Source: a virus (lineage: Duplodnaviria; Caudoviricetes). From it: a DNA stretch of 32,015 nt. Shown piece by piece: positions 6,803 through 16,358 of this stretch (position 1 is the first letter of the stretch; each line of letters opens with the position of its first letter). Location of the stretch: positions 1-32,015 of the IMG/VR virus record IMGVR_UViG_3300023215_001996; one strand, given 5' to 3'. Under the pieces are notes generated by a model. The model did not search any database, was not told the DNA's origin, and saw nothing but the letters and a program-made list of their open reading frames with translations. Both the position numbers and the translations under genes were made by a program.

Positions 6803-7289
6803 ATTCCAGAACGCTATGCATTACTTGAATACTGCATATGGGAAAGAGCATAATGATTCCCTGGTGCGGGTATATTTTGATCAGTTGGGTATCTATGAGT
6901 ATGATACTGTACAAGAGGCTGCTAGAGAATGGGTAGGCAAGAGTGAGTTCTTTCCTAGGGTAGCTGATCTAACTAAACTGATAAAAGATAAAGTTATTTC
7001 ATTTGATCAAGTTATGCAGGATTTACAAAAAGTTATCCAAGTGACGATAGGAGAGTCTTGGAATAAATCAGAGATTCATTCTGTTAGCTACCAGATCCTA
7101 AATGAGTTAGGCGGAAAGAAAACCATAGGTGATATGTCGGATGTGATATTAGAAAAGAAGGTGAGATTTAAATATAAGTATGTTGTCAATGAACAGTTGC
7201 TGGGAATTAATCCTGGTTTGGATAAGAAGGTTGGTCCAAGGAAAGGTCAAACAAAGTTACTCGGTGACCTAATAAATAAGGATCTGTAA
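6789..7289 (+). CDS. Helicase loader/inhibitor-like protein (SPP1 G39P-like N-terminus)
   Basis: YFDQLGIYEYDTVQEAAREWV.KSEFFPRVADL; directly after the initiator. Confidence 0.6.
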   Translation: MKRIEFQNAMHYLNTAYGKEHNDSLVRVYFDQLGIYEYDTVQEAAREWVGKSEFFPRVADLTKLIKDKVISFDQVMQDLQKVIQVTIGESWNKSEIHSVSYQILNELGGKKTIGDMSDVILEKKVRFKYKYVVNEQLLGINPGLDKKVGPRKGQTKLLGDLINKDL

Positions 7290-7747
7290 TGGGGTTTCCT
7301 GGAGGAAAAGGAAGGATAAAGAGGACTAGAACTGATATATTGTTTTCAGAGTATATAAGATTGAGGGACCATTGGACTTGCCAGAAGTGTGATAAGAAAT
7401 TTATACAGGGTGTAGATAGTAGAAGGTTACACTGCTGTCATATGTGGTTTGGAAGGGGAAATATAAAGACCAGGTGGGAACCGCTGAATTGTCTGGCCCT
7501 GTGTATTGGCTGTCATGGCTACATTGGCCAACACCCTGCTAGAGCAGCTTCATTGTTAATGAAACGTATGGGTGTGTTGGAATTCTTATGGCTTCATGAG
7601 CAAGCTGATGAAAGTAGAAAGATAAGGATACCAAAAAATTTAGATCTGGATGCAAGAGATGAGGTGAAACGATTATTGTACGACATAAAAAAAGAGAGAG
7701 GAACTGATGACACTGACCACGACAGATCCAAGAATAAAACAAGTTAA
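7289..7747 (+). CDS. ninG: NinG/Rap-like HNH recombination endonuclease
   Basis: DILFSEYIRLRD..CQKC...HCCH...RWEPLNCLALCIGCH. Confidence 0.75.
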   Translation: MGFPGGKGRIKRTRTDILFSEYIRLRDHWTCQKCDKKFIQGVDSRRLHCCHMWFGRGNIKTRWEPLNCLALCIGCHGYIGQHPARAASLLMKRMGVLEFLWLHEQADESRKIRIPKNLDLDARDEVKRLLYDIKKERGTDDTDHDRSKNKTS

Positions 7748-7886
7748 GTACATTACTAAAGAAGATGCTGCTCAAGACAACATCAATTGGAATGTGATAG
7801 CTGATGCCCAGGATATTAAAACTATCCTTGCAAAACTTGATTTGATTCTTGATAAACTAAAGATCAATGATGAAGAAAAATATTAA
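7707..7886 (+). CDS. Small hypothetical protein (59 aa, not in the ORF track)
   Basis: GAGG + ATG 7707; coiled-coil-like C-terminus. Confidence 0.5.
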   Translation: MTLTTTDPRIKQVKYITKEDAAQDNINWNVIADAQDIKTILAKLDLILDKLKINDEEKY

Positions 7887-8064
7887 GACTCGTAATGATT
7901 ACTTGATCCGTTCTATCTACAGGGACCTTATCAAGAAACATCATTCCCAACATAGGAACACAAAAGTATTGCGTAATAGATTAAATGACCTGGAGGAAGA
8001 AAAATGGGGACATACAGTAGAAGGTGTATCAACAGTCAGAAGAGTGTCAAGAAAAGCATCATAA
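7867..8064 (+). CDS. Small basic hypothetical protein
   Basis: Overlapping operon-style ORF. Confidence 0.45.
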   Translation: MMKKNIKTRNDYLIRSIYRDLIKKHHSQHRNTKVLRNRLNDLEEEKWGHTVEGVSTVRRVSRKAS

Positions 8065-8216
8065 AGACTATTGAAGGCATCATAGGCGTGCTTTTTCTTG
8101 TATTGCTACTGATAGCTACGGTTATCACTATACCGTTGCTTATGCTTGTTAACTATGTGATTATGTTGGGAATTTATTTATACGATAAATTTGATCGATA
8201 TGATAAAAATAGATAA
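8004..8216 (+). CDS. Small membrane protein
   Basis: GGAGG RBS; hydrophobic stretch of about 38 residues. Confidence 0.55.
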   Translation: MGTYSRRCINSQKSVKKSIIKTIEGIIGVLFLVLLLIATVITIPLLMLVNYVIMLGIYLYDKFDRYDKNR

Positions 8217-8682
8217 AGATATACCGATACCAGAAGATTATGATAAACATCTTCCTAATTATAGACGAGATTGCATAGCCGCATTAAAATCTTTAGACAT
8301 TGGAGATTCTATTCTTATAAAAGACAGAACCCGTGAGACAGCAGAAATTTATGTGCGGTGGGCAGAACGTAAAACGAATTTAAAATTTACTGTTAAATTT
8401 ATAAACCATTGGGAGCATAGAATATGGAGAATTGGTAATGACGTTAATAACAAGTTATGTAAAACCAAAAAATGTTCTCTTTGTAAGATGGATATAAATA
8501 AGGATAAGAATAGTGGCGGTTGTTATTGTTGCAAGGATAAAGATCACTTTGGTGGTCGATCCAGGTCAAGCCAACATGACTGGAATAAGACTCTTGATTA
8601 TATAGATGAGTTCTATGATGGCTATGGAATCTATGATGCGATACGCAGAAATATTGATAACGAAGAGTTCGGAGAAGTATAA
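8200..8682 (+). CDS. Hypothetical phage protein (IDKDIPIP...IGDS...RIWR domain plus Cys-rich tail)
   Basis: N-terminal pattern typical of small phage proteins; CSLC and CYCC in the C-terminal half. Confidence 0.6.
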   Translation: MIKIDKDIPIPEDYDKHLPNYRRDCIAALKSLDIGDSILIKDRTRETAEIYVRWAERKTNLKFTVKFINHWEHRIWRIGNDVNNKLCKTKKCSLCKMDINKDKNSGGCYCCKDKDHFGGRSRSSQHDWNKTLDYIDEFYDGYGIYDAIRRNIDNEEFGEV

Positions 8683-8822
8683 TGAAAATAAAAGATAGAA
8701 TAGCAAAGATCGATAAAGAACTTGAAAAGATTGAGTGGGCGAGATTTGCATCACAATATCCAAATGTACTTGCCTTGATTAAGAGAATGGAAAAGTTTAT
8801 TGAGGGTCTAGAAGTAAAATGA
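8682..8822 (+). CDS. Small helical hypothetical protein (46 aa)
   Basis: GGAG RBS; TAATG coupling to the upstream gene. Confidence 0.5.
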   Translation: MKIKDRIAKIDKELEKIEWARFASQYPNVLALIKRMEKFIEGLEVK

Positions 8823-9035
8823 ATGGCACATTATGATCTTATAAAAGTCATCGCCAGATCTCAGCTTGATTCACCTGACGGTATAGGCATAAAGCGTAGT
8901 CTTTATAATATTGAACAATGTGTGAAACGTAAACCATTGTATGAGTGCAGCAGATATGAATTGAATAATATTATAAAAATGTCACGAGATGACTATATTC
9001 GTATAGAAGCCAAAAAACAAAAAGGCCACAATTGA
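8823..9035 (+). CDS. Hypothetical protein, last gene of the early operon
   Basis: ORF track; abuts the upstream stop. Confidence 0.5.
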   Translation: MAHYDLIKVIARSQLDSPDGIGIKRSLYNIEQCVKRKPLYECSRYELNNIIKMSRDDYIRIEAKKQKGHN

Positions 9036-9050
9036 GTGACCTTTTCGTTT
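9015..9050. terminator. Likely bidirectional intrinsic terminator between convergent operons
   Basis: aaacaaaaaggccac-aattga-gtgaccttttcgttt hairpin with T-runs on both strands. Confidence 0.65.
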
Positions 9051-9086
9051 CTTTATTTGATTAGGTAAAGACTTATAGAACCGCTG

Positions 9087-9293
9087 TCACCTGGATTCAG
9101 GCTCTACCTGTTCTCTTTGTAGACTGCGTATGATCATTGGCCGCCCAACATCGGTGAGATACTGGCGTAGTATCGAACCGACTAGGTTCTGGTAACTTAC
9201 TTTCATTTCCTTTGAAACCTGGTGTAAGCGGTCATGTTCTAAATCGCTGATTTGAATCTTCACGAATCTGTAATTTGTGATTGGTTTTGCCAT
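9087..9293 (-). CDS. Ribbon-helix-helix (Arc/CopG-like) regulator
   Basis: FVKIQISDLEHDRLHQVSKEMKVSYQNLVGSILRQYL beta-alpha-alpha pattern; GAGG RBS. Confidence 0.65.
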   Translation of the reverse strand: MAKPITNYRFVKIQISDLEHDRLHQVSKEMKVSYQNLVGSILRQYLTDVGRPMIIRSLQREQVEPESR

Positions 9294-9436
9294 TATTCTT
9301 TATCCTCTTTATTAAACTGTCGATGGATAAGAATCAACGCACATACCATGAACACATGAAACATTCTTACACTCAAAAGAGAATGTACGCCATGATCACC
9401 TAGCGGTTGATAGTTTAGTATGTCGATTAACGTCAT
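9293..9436 (-). CDS. Small hypothetical protein (47 aa, hydrophobic segment; not in the ORF track)
   Basis: AGGAG RBS; ATGA and TAATG coupling at both ends. Confidence 0.55.
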   Translation of the reverse strand: MTLIDILNYQPLGDHGVHSLLSVRMFHVFMVCALILIHRQFNKEDKE

Positions 9437-9675
9437 TTTTCTTCTCCTTTTGTTACGTTTTCTTCAAACCGGTCCTGGAACTGCTGAATCTTTTGAACGA
9501 AATGCTTGTTGTTATCGTTCTTACCTGATTCAATTGAAACGTGGACCATCTGTCTCATGAGATTAATATCGTCTTGATCTAATTTCATGATCCCATCAGG
9601 TGCTTCGACCTCAACATCTTTGATGTAAGCGTAGGGGTTTATCTTTTCGATGTACTCTTGTTTTGTATCTGTCAT
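9433..9675 (-). CDS. Hypothetical acidic protein
   Basis: AGGAGG RBS. Confidence 0.65.
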   Translation of the reverse strand: MTDTKQEYIEKINPYAYIKDVEVEAPDGIMKLDQDDINLMRQMVHVSIESGKNDNNKHFVQKIQQFQDRFEENVTKGEEK

Positions 9676-9687
9676 GACTGGTCCTCC

Positions 9688-9870
9688 TTATCTTGTTAGG
9701 TATTCAATTAATGGATTTATTAATATTTTCACGTGGAGATATTGTACCCAAGCATAATAACAGATGACGACATGTCTGCCAACTTCAATCCATCGTATAT
9801 CATTTATAATATCAAAAGCCTGGATCTCCTCGTCCAGGCTTTCGATTGTGCTGCTATGTTTGATGTTCAT
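9688..9870 (-). CDS. Hypothetical protein
   Basis: TAATG coupling to the integrase stop. Confidence 0.45.
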   Translation of the reverse strand: MNIKHSSTIESLDEEIQAFDIINDIRWIEVGRHVVICYYAWVQYLHVKILINPLIEYLTR

Positions 9871-11012
9871 TACTTCAGTCGCTTTACTGCTTCGTAGGCT
9901 CTGACCTGATCAACGTGCTTGACATAGATCTTTTTGAGCATCGTTGTATCGCTGTGACCCATAATCAATGCAACCTCATCCAGAGTCATTCCTGATTCCA
10001 GAAGGTTGGTTGCACAAGTGTGTCTGATCGATCCAATTACACTGGAGATTCCTTCGTTAGCAAGTGCTTCTTTGAATCGTATGTTGGAGTCGTCACGCTG
10101 TCCCTTATTGACGTACACTCCAAAACAATCATCACCAAAATTTGAGATGATATGCTCAATATTTGGATGAACAGGTATTCTGGCCAGTCTGCCGTTCTTG
10201 GCTCTTTTGCCATTGATGTGTCTGCCCGCTCCACTGCTGTCAGCTTCAATACTAGCGGGAGTTAAAGCACTTACATCGGTTGGATTCAAAGCGGTGTAAC
10301 GAAGCCATGTCCAGAATATTCTGTCTGAATCTTTGGCCTGATCAATAACCACATCAAATATATCATCAGGAATGTAATCCCATTCACGAACATTGGCTGT
10401 GCCTGGTTTCTGTGCATATTTAACAGGGTTCTTTGTGACCAAGTCATTCGCAACTGCGTAATTGAAAAGTTGCGACACTGGTTTAAGGTAGTTATTAATA
10501 GTGTTCGGGGCCTTACCAAGACCTTCTCGGCTAACAATGAAATCATCAATATTCTCTGTTGTGACTGAACTTATGAGAGTACCCACGCCAATAAATTCAA
10601 TGAAGAATCTGTGGCAAGTGATTTCTCTAGTAATCCAATTGTCTGATTTCTTGCTGATAACCTTTGAAAGCCATTTCTCCCGGCAATCACTATATGTTAT
10701 TAAGGATGTGAGAGTGTCACCATTTGATTGATAACTATCCGGTAAGTGATTGACCAGGATGAGTGCCAATTTGGTTTTATCATCAGGATCTAGTGTGCTA
10801 ATAGAATCCACCAAACTGGCGAAATCAACACCACTGACTCGTTTATCAACTTCATTACGTTCCCATTTGATGGCTTGCTCTAACGCTAATTGCTTTGCCT
10901 TTCTGGGACCATACACGCTGATGCGAATCTTGGTACTGACTGCGTTTTGCGATCCACTTGCTGTGCTGAAATTAGCCCAGTAAATGTCTCCTCTTTTATA
11001 TACGCTAGCCAT
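9870..11012 (-). CDS. int: Tyrosine recombinase / phage integrase
   Basis: N-terminal ASVYKRGDIYW arm-binding pattern, APNTINNYL core-binding region, SIRHTCAT, MGHS...IY; AGGAG RBS. Confidence 0.9.
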   Translation of the reverse strand: MASVYKRGDIYWANFSTASGSQNAVSTKIRISVYGPRKAKQLALEQAIKWERNEVDKRVSGVDFASLVDSISTLDPDDKTKLALILVNHLPDSYQSNGDTLTSLITYSDCREKWLSKVISKKSDNWITREITCHRFFIEFIGVGTLISSVTTENIDDFIVSREGLGKAPNTINNYLKPVSQLFNYAVANDLVTKNPVKYAQKPGTANVREWDYIPDDIFDVVIDQAKDSDRIFWTWLRYTALNPTDVSALTPASIEADSSGAGRHINGKRAKNGRLARIPVHPNIEHIISNFGDDCFGVYVNKGQRDDSNIRFKEALANEGISSVIGSIRHTCATNLLESGMTLDEVALIMGHSDTTMLKKIYVKHVDQVRAYEAVKRLK

Positions 11013-11056
11013 TATAATGTCTCCTTATGTTAGTGAATTGTTCCATACGTTGATTA

Positions 11057-11085
11057 AAGGTATACTAGTATAACGTTAATGGCAA
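11057..11085 (-). promoter_or_regulatory. Candidate sigma70 promoter for int overlapped by palindromes
   Basis: TTGCCA-17 nt-TACCTT on the - strand; perfect palindromes tatactagtata (11061-11072) and taacgtta (11071-11078). Confidence 0.4.
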
Positions 11086-11304
11086 GGTAAAGTTACAAAA
11101 AACATTTTCTCCGTTTATGGTTGGCGAAGGGAATCCTTACATATTATACTGATGTATGATTTAAGTGAAAATTGGTTTAATCAGCCACATTTTCTTTCCT
11201 GGAAAATCTAGGACCTCCATCCACCTTGATCACTTGCTCGTTAGGCGTATTGTTTCCGAGGAGAATGGTGTAAAATTTAGTATAATGTAGTTGGAATGTA
11301 GTTG

Positions 11305-11862
11305 ATGGATACAAAGATCGTAAAAATAAAGAATAAGGGTGGCAATCCCAATTGGGTGCCAGGTGTAAGTGGTAATCCAGCAGGTCGTAGGCCTAGCCAC
11401 TTTGGTAGATATTTAAGAGAGCATCCGTCTGTACCACTTGTTCTAGAGAAGATACTGGCAGCCGCACTGGACGACAATGATCCAAGGCAGAAGGATGCGT
11501 GGAAGATTGTCGTTAATAAGGTTGCTCCTGATCTGAAGGCACAAGAGATAAAGACTGATATACAGAGCCATATAGGAGTGATCATGATGCCTGTTAAGGT
11601 CCCAATAGAGAGCAGTAATGGTAATGGTAGGTTGCTTGGTGATGAGATAGATGCGGAGGTGCCAAAAGACAATAAGGATCATGTGCGTGAAGGTGAGGAT
11701 GCTGCACAGCTTGATCTGCTCAAGGCCCCCACCCCCACCCCCCCACCTTCGCCATATAACGAGGGGGGAGTAAGAGATAGCCGTCTAAATTACTCACTGC
11801 GAGAGGAAGTTGCCCAGGAAACTACCACAGATGTATTCTTACCCACCCCACCTTCGGAATAG
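11305..11862 (+). CDS. terS: Terminase small subunit
   Basis: GNPNWVPGVSGNPAGR motif; directly upstream of TerL; TATAAT at 11281. Confidence 0.7.
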   Translation: MDTKIVKIKNKGGNPNWVPGVSGNPAGRRPSHFGRYLREHPSVPLVLEKILAAALDDNDPRQKDAWKIVVNKVAPDLKAQEIKTDIQSHIGVIMMPVKVPIESSNGNGRLLGDEIDAEVPKDNKDHVREGEDAAQLDLLKAPTPTPPPSPYNEGGVRDSRLNYSLREEVAQETTTDVFLPTPPSE

Positions 11863-11904
11863 GGGTCCCAGAAACACTTTTATGGTACCAGTGGCAAATA
11901 TATA

Positions 11905-13278
11905 ATGGAAGAGCGGATAATATGGCGACCCCATCCCGGTCCACAGACCAGGGTATTAACCAGGCAGGAGAGCGAGATTCTTTTTGGCGGCAGCAGGGGA
12001 GGTGGAAAAACAGAGGCCATGACTGTTTGGATGGTAGATCCAGAATACATAAAGCAGCCGAGGTACCGTGGGTTAGTAATCAGGCGTAACTACGATGATT
12101 TAAAGGATTGGATTGACAGGGCCAAGTACTTATACCGGTATATGGGAGTAAAGGTAACAGGTAATCCGGCACAATTTGAATTCCCATCTGGAGCCAAGAT
12201 TTGGACAGGACACTTGAGCAATGAAGACGCATGGACAAAGTACCTAGGACAGGAATATCAGAAAATTGGTATTGAAGAGTTAACTTTAATCCCTAATGAA
12301 TTAGATTATTTAAAATTAATATCATCAGCACGAAGCACAATACCGGGCATAAAGGCACAGGTATTTGGGACCACAAATCCCGGGGGACCTGGACATGGTT
12401 GGGTTAAGGCCAGGTTTGTAGATGTAGCCAGGAACAAAACTCACTTTGATGAGAAAAGCGGAAAATCCCGGATTTTTATACCCAGTAAGGTAACAGATAA
12501 CCCTACTATTATGCGTGAAGATCCGGAGTATATTAACAGTTTAAAGGCATTGCCTGATGAATTAAGGCGAGCCTGGTTAGATGGAGACTGGGACGTATTT
12601 TCTGGACAGTTCTTTCAAAAGTGGCGACAAGATCTTCATGTAATAGAACCATTTGACATTCCTTATGAATGGTACAAATACAGGTCTATTGATTATGGTT
12701 TTGCAGCACCATTCGCATGTGGGTGGTGGGCCGTAGATTTCTTCGGCAATGTTTACTTATATCGTGAGCATTACGAAGCTGGTCAGGAATTAAGTCACCA
12801 CATAGACAGGATAATAGAATTGAGTGGCCAAGAAGAATATATGATGTCTGTAGGAGATCCCAGCATGTGGATACGCAATCCACAAAACACAAACAGAAGT
12901 GATATAGTTGCCCCAAGCAACATGAGCATTGCTGATATTTTAAGCCGTGCCGGTATCAACATGTTCAAAGCCAACAATGAGCGTATAAACGGTTGGAATC
13001 TATGCCGACAGTACATAGATCATTACGAAGGTCAGCCACCAAAATTAAAGGTATTTTCCACTTGTCCAAACTTCATAAGAACAATTCCAACCCTAGTCCA
13101 CGATGATAAGAAACCGGAGGACCTGAATACAAGAGGAGAGGATCATCATGCTGATCAGATGAGATATTTTTTACATTATGTAGGATCGCCAACCAAAGTG
13201 ATTCAAAAGCCATGGTTACAGAAAGAATTAGATAAATTATTATCACTGGAAACTGATTATAGTGGAATAAGGGCATGA
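11905..13278 (+). CDS. terL: Terminase large subunit
   Basis: Walker A GGSRGGGKT, Walker B IGIEE, TTNPGGPGHGWVK, nuclease IDYG and DHHAD. Confidence 0.95.
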   Translation: MEERIIWRPHPGPQTRVLTRQESEILFGGSRGGGKTEAMTVWMVDPEYIKQPRYRGLVIRRNYDDLKDWIDRAKYLYRYMGVKVTGNPAQFEFPSGAKIWTGHLSNEDAWTKYLGQEYQKIGIEELTLIPNELDYLKLISSARSTIPGIKAQVFGTTNPGGPGHGWVKARFVDVARNKTHFDEKSGKSRIFIPSKVTDNPTIMREDPEYINSLKALPDELRRAWLDGDWDVFSGQFFQKWRQDLHVIEPFDIPYEWYKYRSIDYGFAAPFACGWWAVDFFGNVYLYREHYEAGQELSHHIDRIIELSGQEEYMMSVGDPSMWIRNPQNTNRSDIVAPSNMSIADILSRAGINMFKANNERINGWNLCRQYIDHYEGQPPKLKVFSTCPNFIRTIPTLVHDDKKPEDLNTRGEDHHADQMRYFLHYVGSPTKVIQKPWLQKELDKLLSLETDYSGIRA

Positions 13279-13499
13279 TGAAAGAATCAACAATTACACC
13301 GATAAGTTTACAATGGTTCAATCCGGAAACAGGCAGATGGGAAGAAGAAGAGATGCCCGAAGTTGGGCAAGTTATTCAAGAGATAGAGCGAATAGAGGCA
13401 ATGGGTGCTATAGGAAGTGATTATAAAAGTGCACTTATTACTATCGTTAATCAAGTCACGGATCAAAGGCTTAACAACATTCAAATCGAGGCAAATTAA
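13275..13499 (+). CDS. Hypothetical protein
   Basis: Translationally coupled between terL and portal. Confidence 0.6.
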   Translation: MMKESTITPISLQWFNPETGRWEEEEMPEVGQVIQEIERIEAMGAIGSDYKSALITIVNQVTDQRLNNIQIEAN

Positions 13500-15361
13500 T
13501 GGCAATACATCCAGAAGAGTACGAACCAAAAAAAGATTCTACTTCGCATGGTTCTCATAAAACAGAAGAAGCGTACAAGCCAAGTCGCAAAGAAGAAAAA
13601 ATAATTAAGAAAAACGAGGCCATGTTTGACATTTGTCATCGTGCCAGGGAAAACACGACCAAGGTATGGCGGGAAGCTGAACGATTATATATGGGCGATC
13701 ATTGGCACAATATGAATATGCCATCCTTTAAAAATCAGGTTACGCTAGATCTTATTGCAAGTGCCATAGATACTATGGTCCCAATCCTTTCCAACCGCCC
13801 TCCCCGCATTGACATCATTTCTGTAGGTGGAGATGATATATCCGCAAAAGCAGCTGAGATCTTGCAAAAACAGATGGATGAATTGTGGGTAATCAGAGAT
13901 ATGCAGAATCTGGTCCCGGAGTGGTTATTGGATTACCTAGTCTATGGTAACGGAATTCTAAAGATAACTTTTGCAGATGATGATCTACCTGATGCTGATG
14001 TTGTAGATCCCTATGCTTTTTTTGTGAATCCATCGGCCACAAAGCTAGAGAATGCAGAATATGTTATCTATGCTGCACCAACACCATTATGGGAGATTAG
14101 GGACAAATATGAGAATGGTAAATATGTAAAATCAGAATCTAAACTGGACAGGTATGAAGCATTAAAGATCAACGATACTCAAGTTGGTGGTACTGATGTG
14201 GTTCAGATCACGGACACTACCGGATCAGAAACAAACTATTATGAAAACTCATCCAGGGCCATGGAAGATCTGGAAGAGAGAGCATTATTAATTGAATGTT
14301 ATGCTAGGGATTATTCCAAGGAATATGTTGAGGCTGATGACCCGGAAGAGGAACCCAAAGAGATGGATAAATATCCTGGTTTAATACGGCAAACAACTAT
14401 TTGCAATGGTGTTCTATTATATGATGGACCAACCAGGTATCCATTCTTAACAAAAGAGAATCACATTCCCAGCCCTTTCCCTTTTATAGTATTAAAGAAT
14501 GGTGGATCCGCTCACAGTTTCTGGGGTAAGCCAGAACCAAAAAGACTAAAATCTCTAAATCTATCTTTAGATCGTTTAGCCAGTCAAATAATGGATAATA
14601 CACACCTGATGGCCAATCCTATGTGGATAGCAGATGAAACGACAGACGTTGTAGATCAGATCACCAATAAGCCTGGCAGTATAATTCGAAAACGTGGTCC
14701 CGGTCAAGTGACCATGTTGCAGCCGGCTGGTATGCCAGGTTATGTGTTTAATTTTTATTCGTTGCTGGAGGATATGTTTGAAACTATTAGTGGCGTAAAT
14801 AAAGCCACTCAAGGCAAAGCTGATGCTAATGTAACCAGTGGTATTCAGGCACAGATTTATCGTCAGGCATCCACTACTAAAATCGATTTCAAGGCCAGAT
14901 CAGTGGACCAGGCAATTCAAACCCTTGGTAGTATTTGGGTGGCAATGATTGTAAATCTTGGGACAAAAGAACATACGACAAGTATTGAAACGGACACAGG
15001 TATGGAAGATCGTAAATATATAGGTTCTATGCTTCAGGGTATGAACTTTGAAGTTAGAGCCAGATCCGGTTCAATGTTACCAGAAAACAGAGAGTGGATT
15101 GAAAACAAAATACTCCAGCTAATGCAAATGGGGTTAATCACAGATCCATTATATATCCTAGAAAATATAGAATTACCAGGAAAAGAAAGGCTTATAAGGT
15201 CCTTAATGGAACGCCAGAAAATGGACACAGGTAATGCTGAACCAATGGCCGATGAAGAACTGGCTAGTCTGGGGACCAATGAGGATGATATTATGAGAAA
15301 GTTGGAGAAGGATCCGTCACTAATGGAAAGACTTCCAGAAAATCTGAGGTCAAGATCTTAA
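13499..15361 (+). CDS. Portal protein (P22-like size and organisation)
   Basis: 620 aa after TerL; DYLVYGNGILK, PFPF, ISGV..ATQG, SGIQA patterns. Confidence 0.85.
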   Translation: MAIHPEEYEPKKDSTSHGSHKTEEAYKPSRKEEKIIKKNEAMFDICHRARENTTKVWREAERLYMGDHWHNMNMPSFKNQVTLDLIASAIDTMVPILSNRPPRIDIISVGGDDISAKAAEILQKQMDELWVIRDMQNLVPEWLLDYLVYGNGILKITFADDDLPDADVVDPYAFFVNPSATKLENAEYVIYAAPTPLWEIRDKYENGKYVKSESKLDRYEALKINDTQVGGTDVVQITDTTGSETNYYENSSRAMEDLEERALLIECYARDYSKEYVEADDPEEEPKEMDKYPGLIRQTTICNGVLLYDGPTRYPFLTKENHIPSPFPFIVLKNGGSAHSFWGKPEPKRLKSLNLSLDRLASQIMDNTHLMANPMWIADETTDVVDQITNKPGSIIRKRGPGQVTMLQPAGMPGYVFNFYSLLEDMFETISGVNKATQGKADANVTSGIQAQIYRQASTTKIDFKARSVDQAIQTLGSIWVAMIVNLGTKEHTTSIETDTGMEDRKYIGSMLQGMNFEVRARSGSMLPENREWIENKILQLMQMGLITDPLYILENIELPGKERLIRSLMERQKMDTGNAEPMADEELASLGTNEDDIMRKLEKDPSLMERLPENLRSRS

Positions 15362-15464
15362 AAAAAAAGAAAATGATCAGATAACTTTGGATAATATTTA
15401 AATATGATGGATTTTATATACCAAATGGAAATAAATAAATTAACTTTTGTTGAGGTTACAACAT

Positions 15465-16337
15465 ATGAGTGAAAATATTGAAGGTGGAATCTATGGTGCT
15501 GAAGTATCGTATTCTGATGCAACTTCGCTGCTGGTCGAAGAAGCGAATGTGGTATCAGAACCTACAGAAGAACATAGTGAACCCAACGGTGAGGAAGCTG
15601 CCGTAGAAGTCCAGACTCAAGAAATTGAGCAACCGGATAAAGCTGAAGATGCACACCCATCAGTAGAACCAATAGATGTGGATGGAACGAACTATTCGCT
15701 TGAGGATCTCAAATTAGCCATTGATGATTCTCGGAACAGAAGCGATTGGCAGAAATCCAATACCCAAAAGGCACAACAACTTGCAGATGATCGGAAGCAC
15801 TTGGACCAGGTTAGGAAAAAGTACGATGATCTATTGCAAGATGAGGACCTTAGGGAGACTCTCAAGGATTACCTTGGGCCTGACCACGCTCTATTTACGG
15901 AAACTGATGAGCCTAATGTAGATGTACAAACACCACAGGACACGAAAGATTCGGACCAAGAAAACCGGATCCAGGAGTTAGAAGATAAGGTAGAGATGCA
16001 AAATGCCCAGCAAGCAGTTGAGCGAGACATCCAAGCATTAATCCGCAACCATCCAGAATTGAATGGGGAGGAAAGTGCTATTCAAGATGTTTTGATAACT
16101 GCATCTAAAAAAGGGATGAGCAACTTAGAAGATGCATTCGTGCTCACTTATCATCAAGCAACTGTTGATAGTTCATTCTCAAAGGCAGTGAAGACGTTAG
16201 AGAAAGCAAGTGCCAGTAAGTCAATACCGGAGGCATCCGTTAAGCACAAAGGTTCTAAATCTTTGTCTAATGTGAAGCCGAAGGATTTTGATGATGCAAG
16301 AGCACAGGCTTTAAAAAGTTACGACCTGTATGAATAA
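15465..16337 (+). CDS. Capsid scaffolding protein
   Basis: Acidic N-terminus, VDGTNYSLEDL, coiled coils; lies between portal and capsid; GAGG RBS before ATG 15465. Confidence 0.75.
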   Translation: MSENIEGGIYGAEVSYSDATSLLVEEANVVSEPTEEHSEPNGEEAAVEVQTQEIEQPDKAEDAHPSVEPIDVDGTNYSLEDLKLAIDDSRNRSDWQKSNTQKAQQLADDRKHLDQVRKKYDDLLQDEDLRETLKDYLGPDHALFTETDEPNVDVQTPQDTKDSDQENRIQELEDKVEMQNAQQAVERDIQALIRNHPELNGEESAIQDVLITASKKGMSNLEDAFVLTYHQATVDSSFSKAVKTLEKASASKSIPEASVKHKGSKSLSNVKPKDFDDARAQALKSYDLYE

Positions 16338-16358
16338 ACTTAAACAAAGGAGTTAACA

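Noticed and set aside
9087-9436. Toxin-antitoxin pair (RHH antitoxin plus neighbour)
   Set aside because: No neighbouring ORF shows a recognisable toxin fold (RelE/ParE, PIN, HicA).
11006-11036. dif-like XerCD site (ataa-tgtctcc-ttatgttag)
   Set aside because: Only the XerD-like arm partly matches, the spacer is 7 bp, and the sequence is explained by the int start codon and RBS.
11013-11300. tRNA gene or tRNA-derived attP core
   Set aside because: No cloverleaf or T-loop GTTCRA motif recognised by eye.
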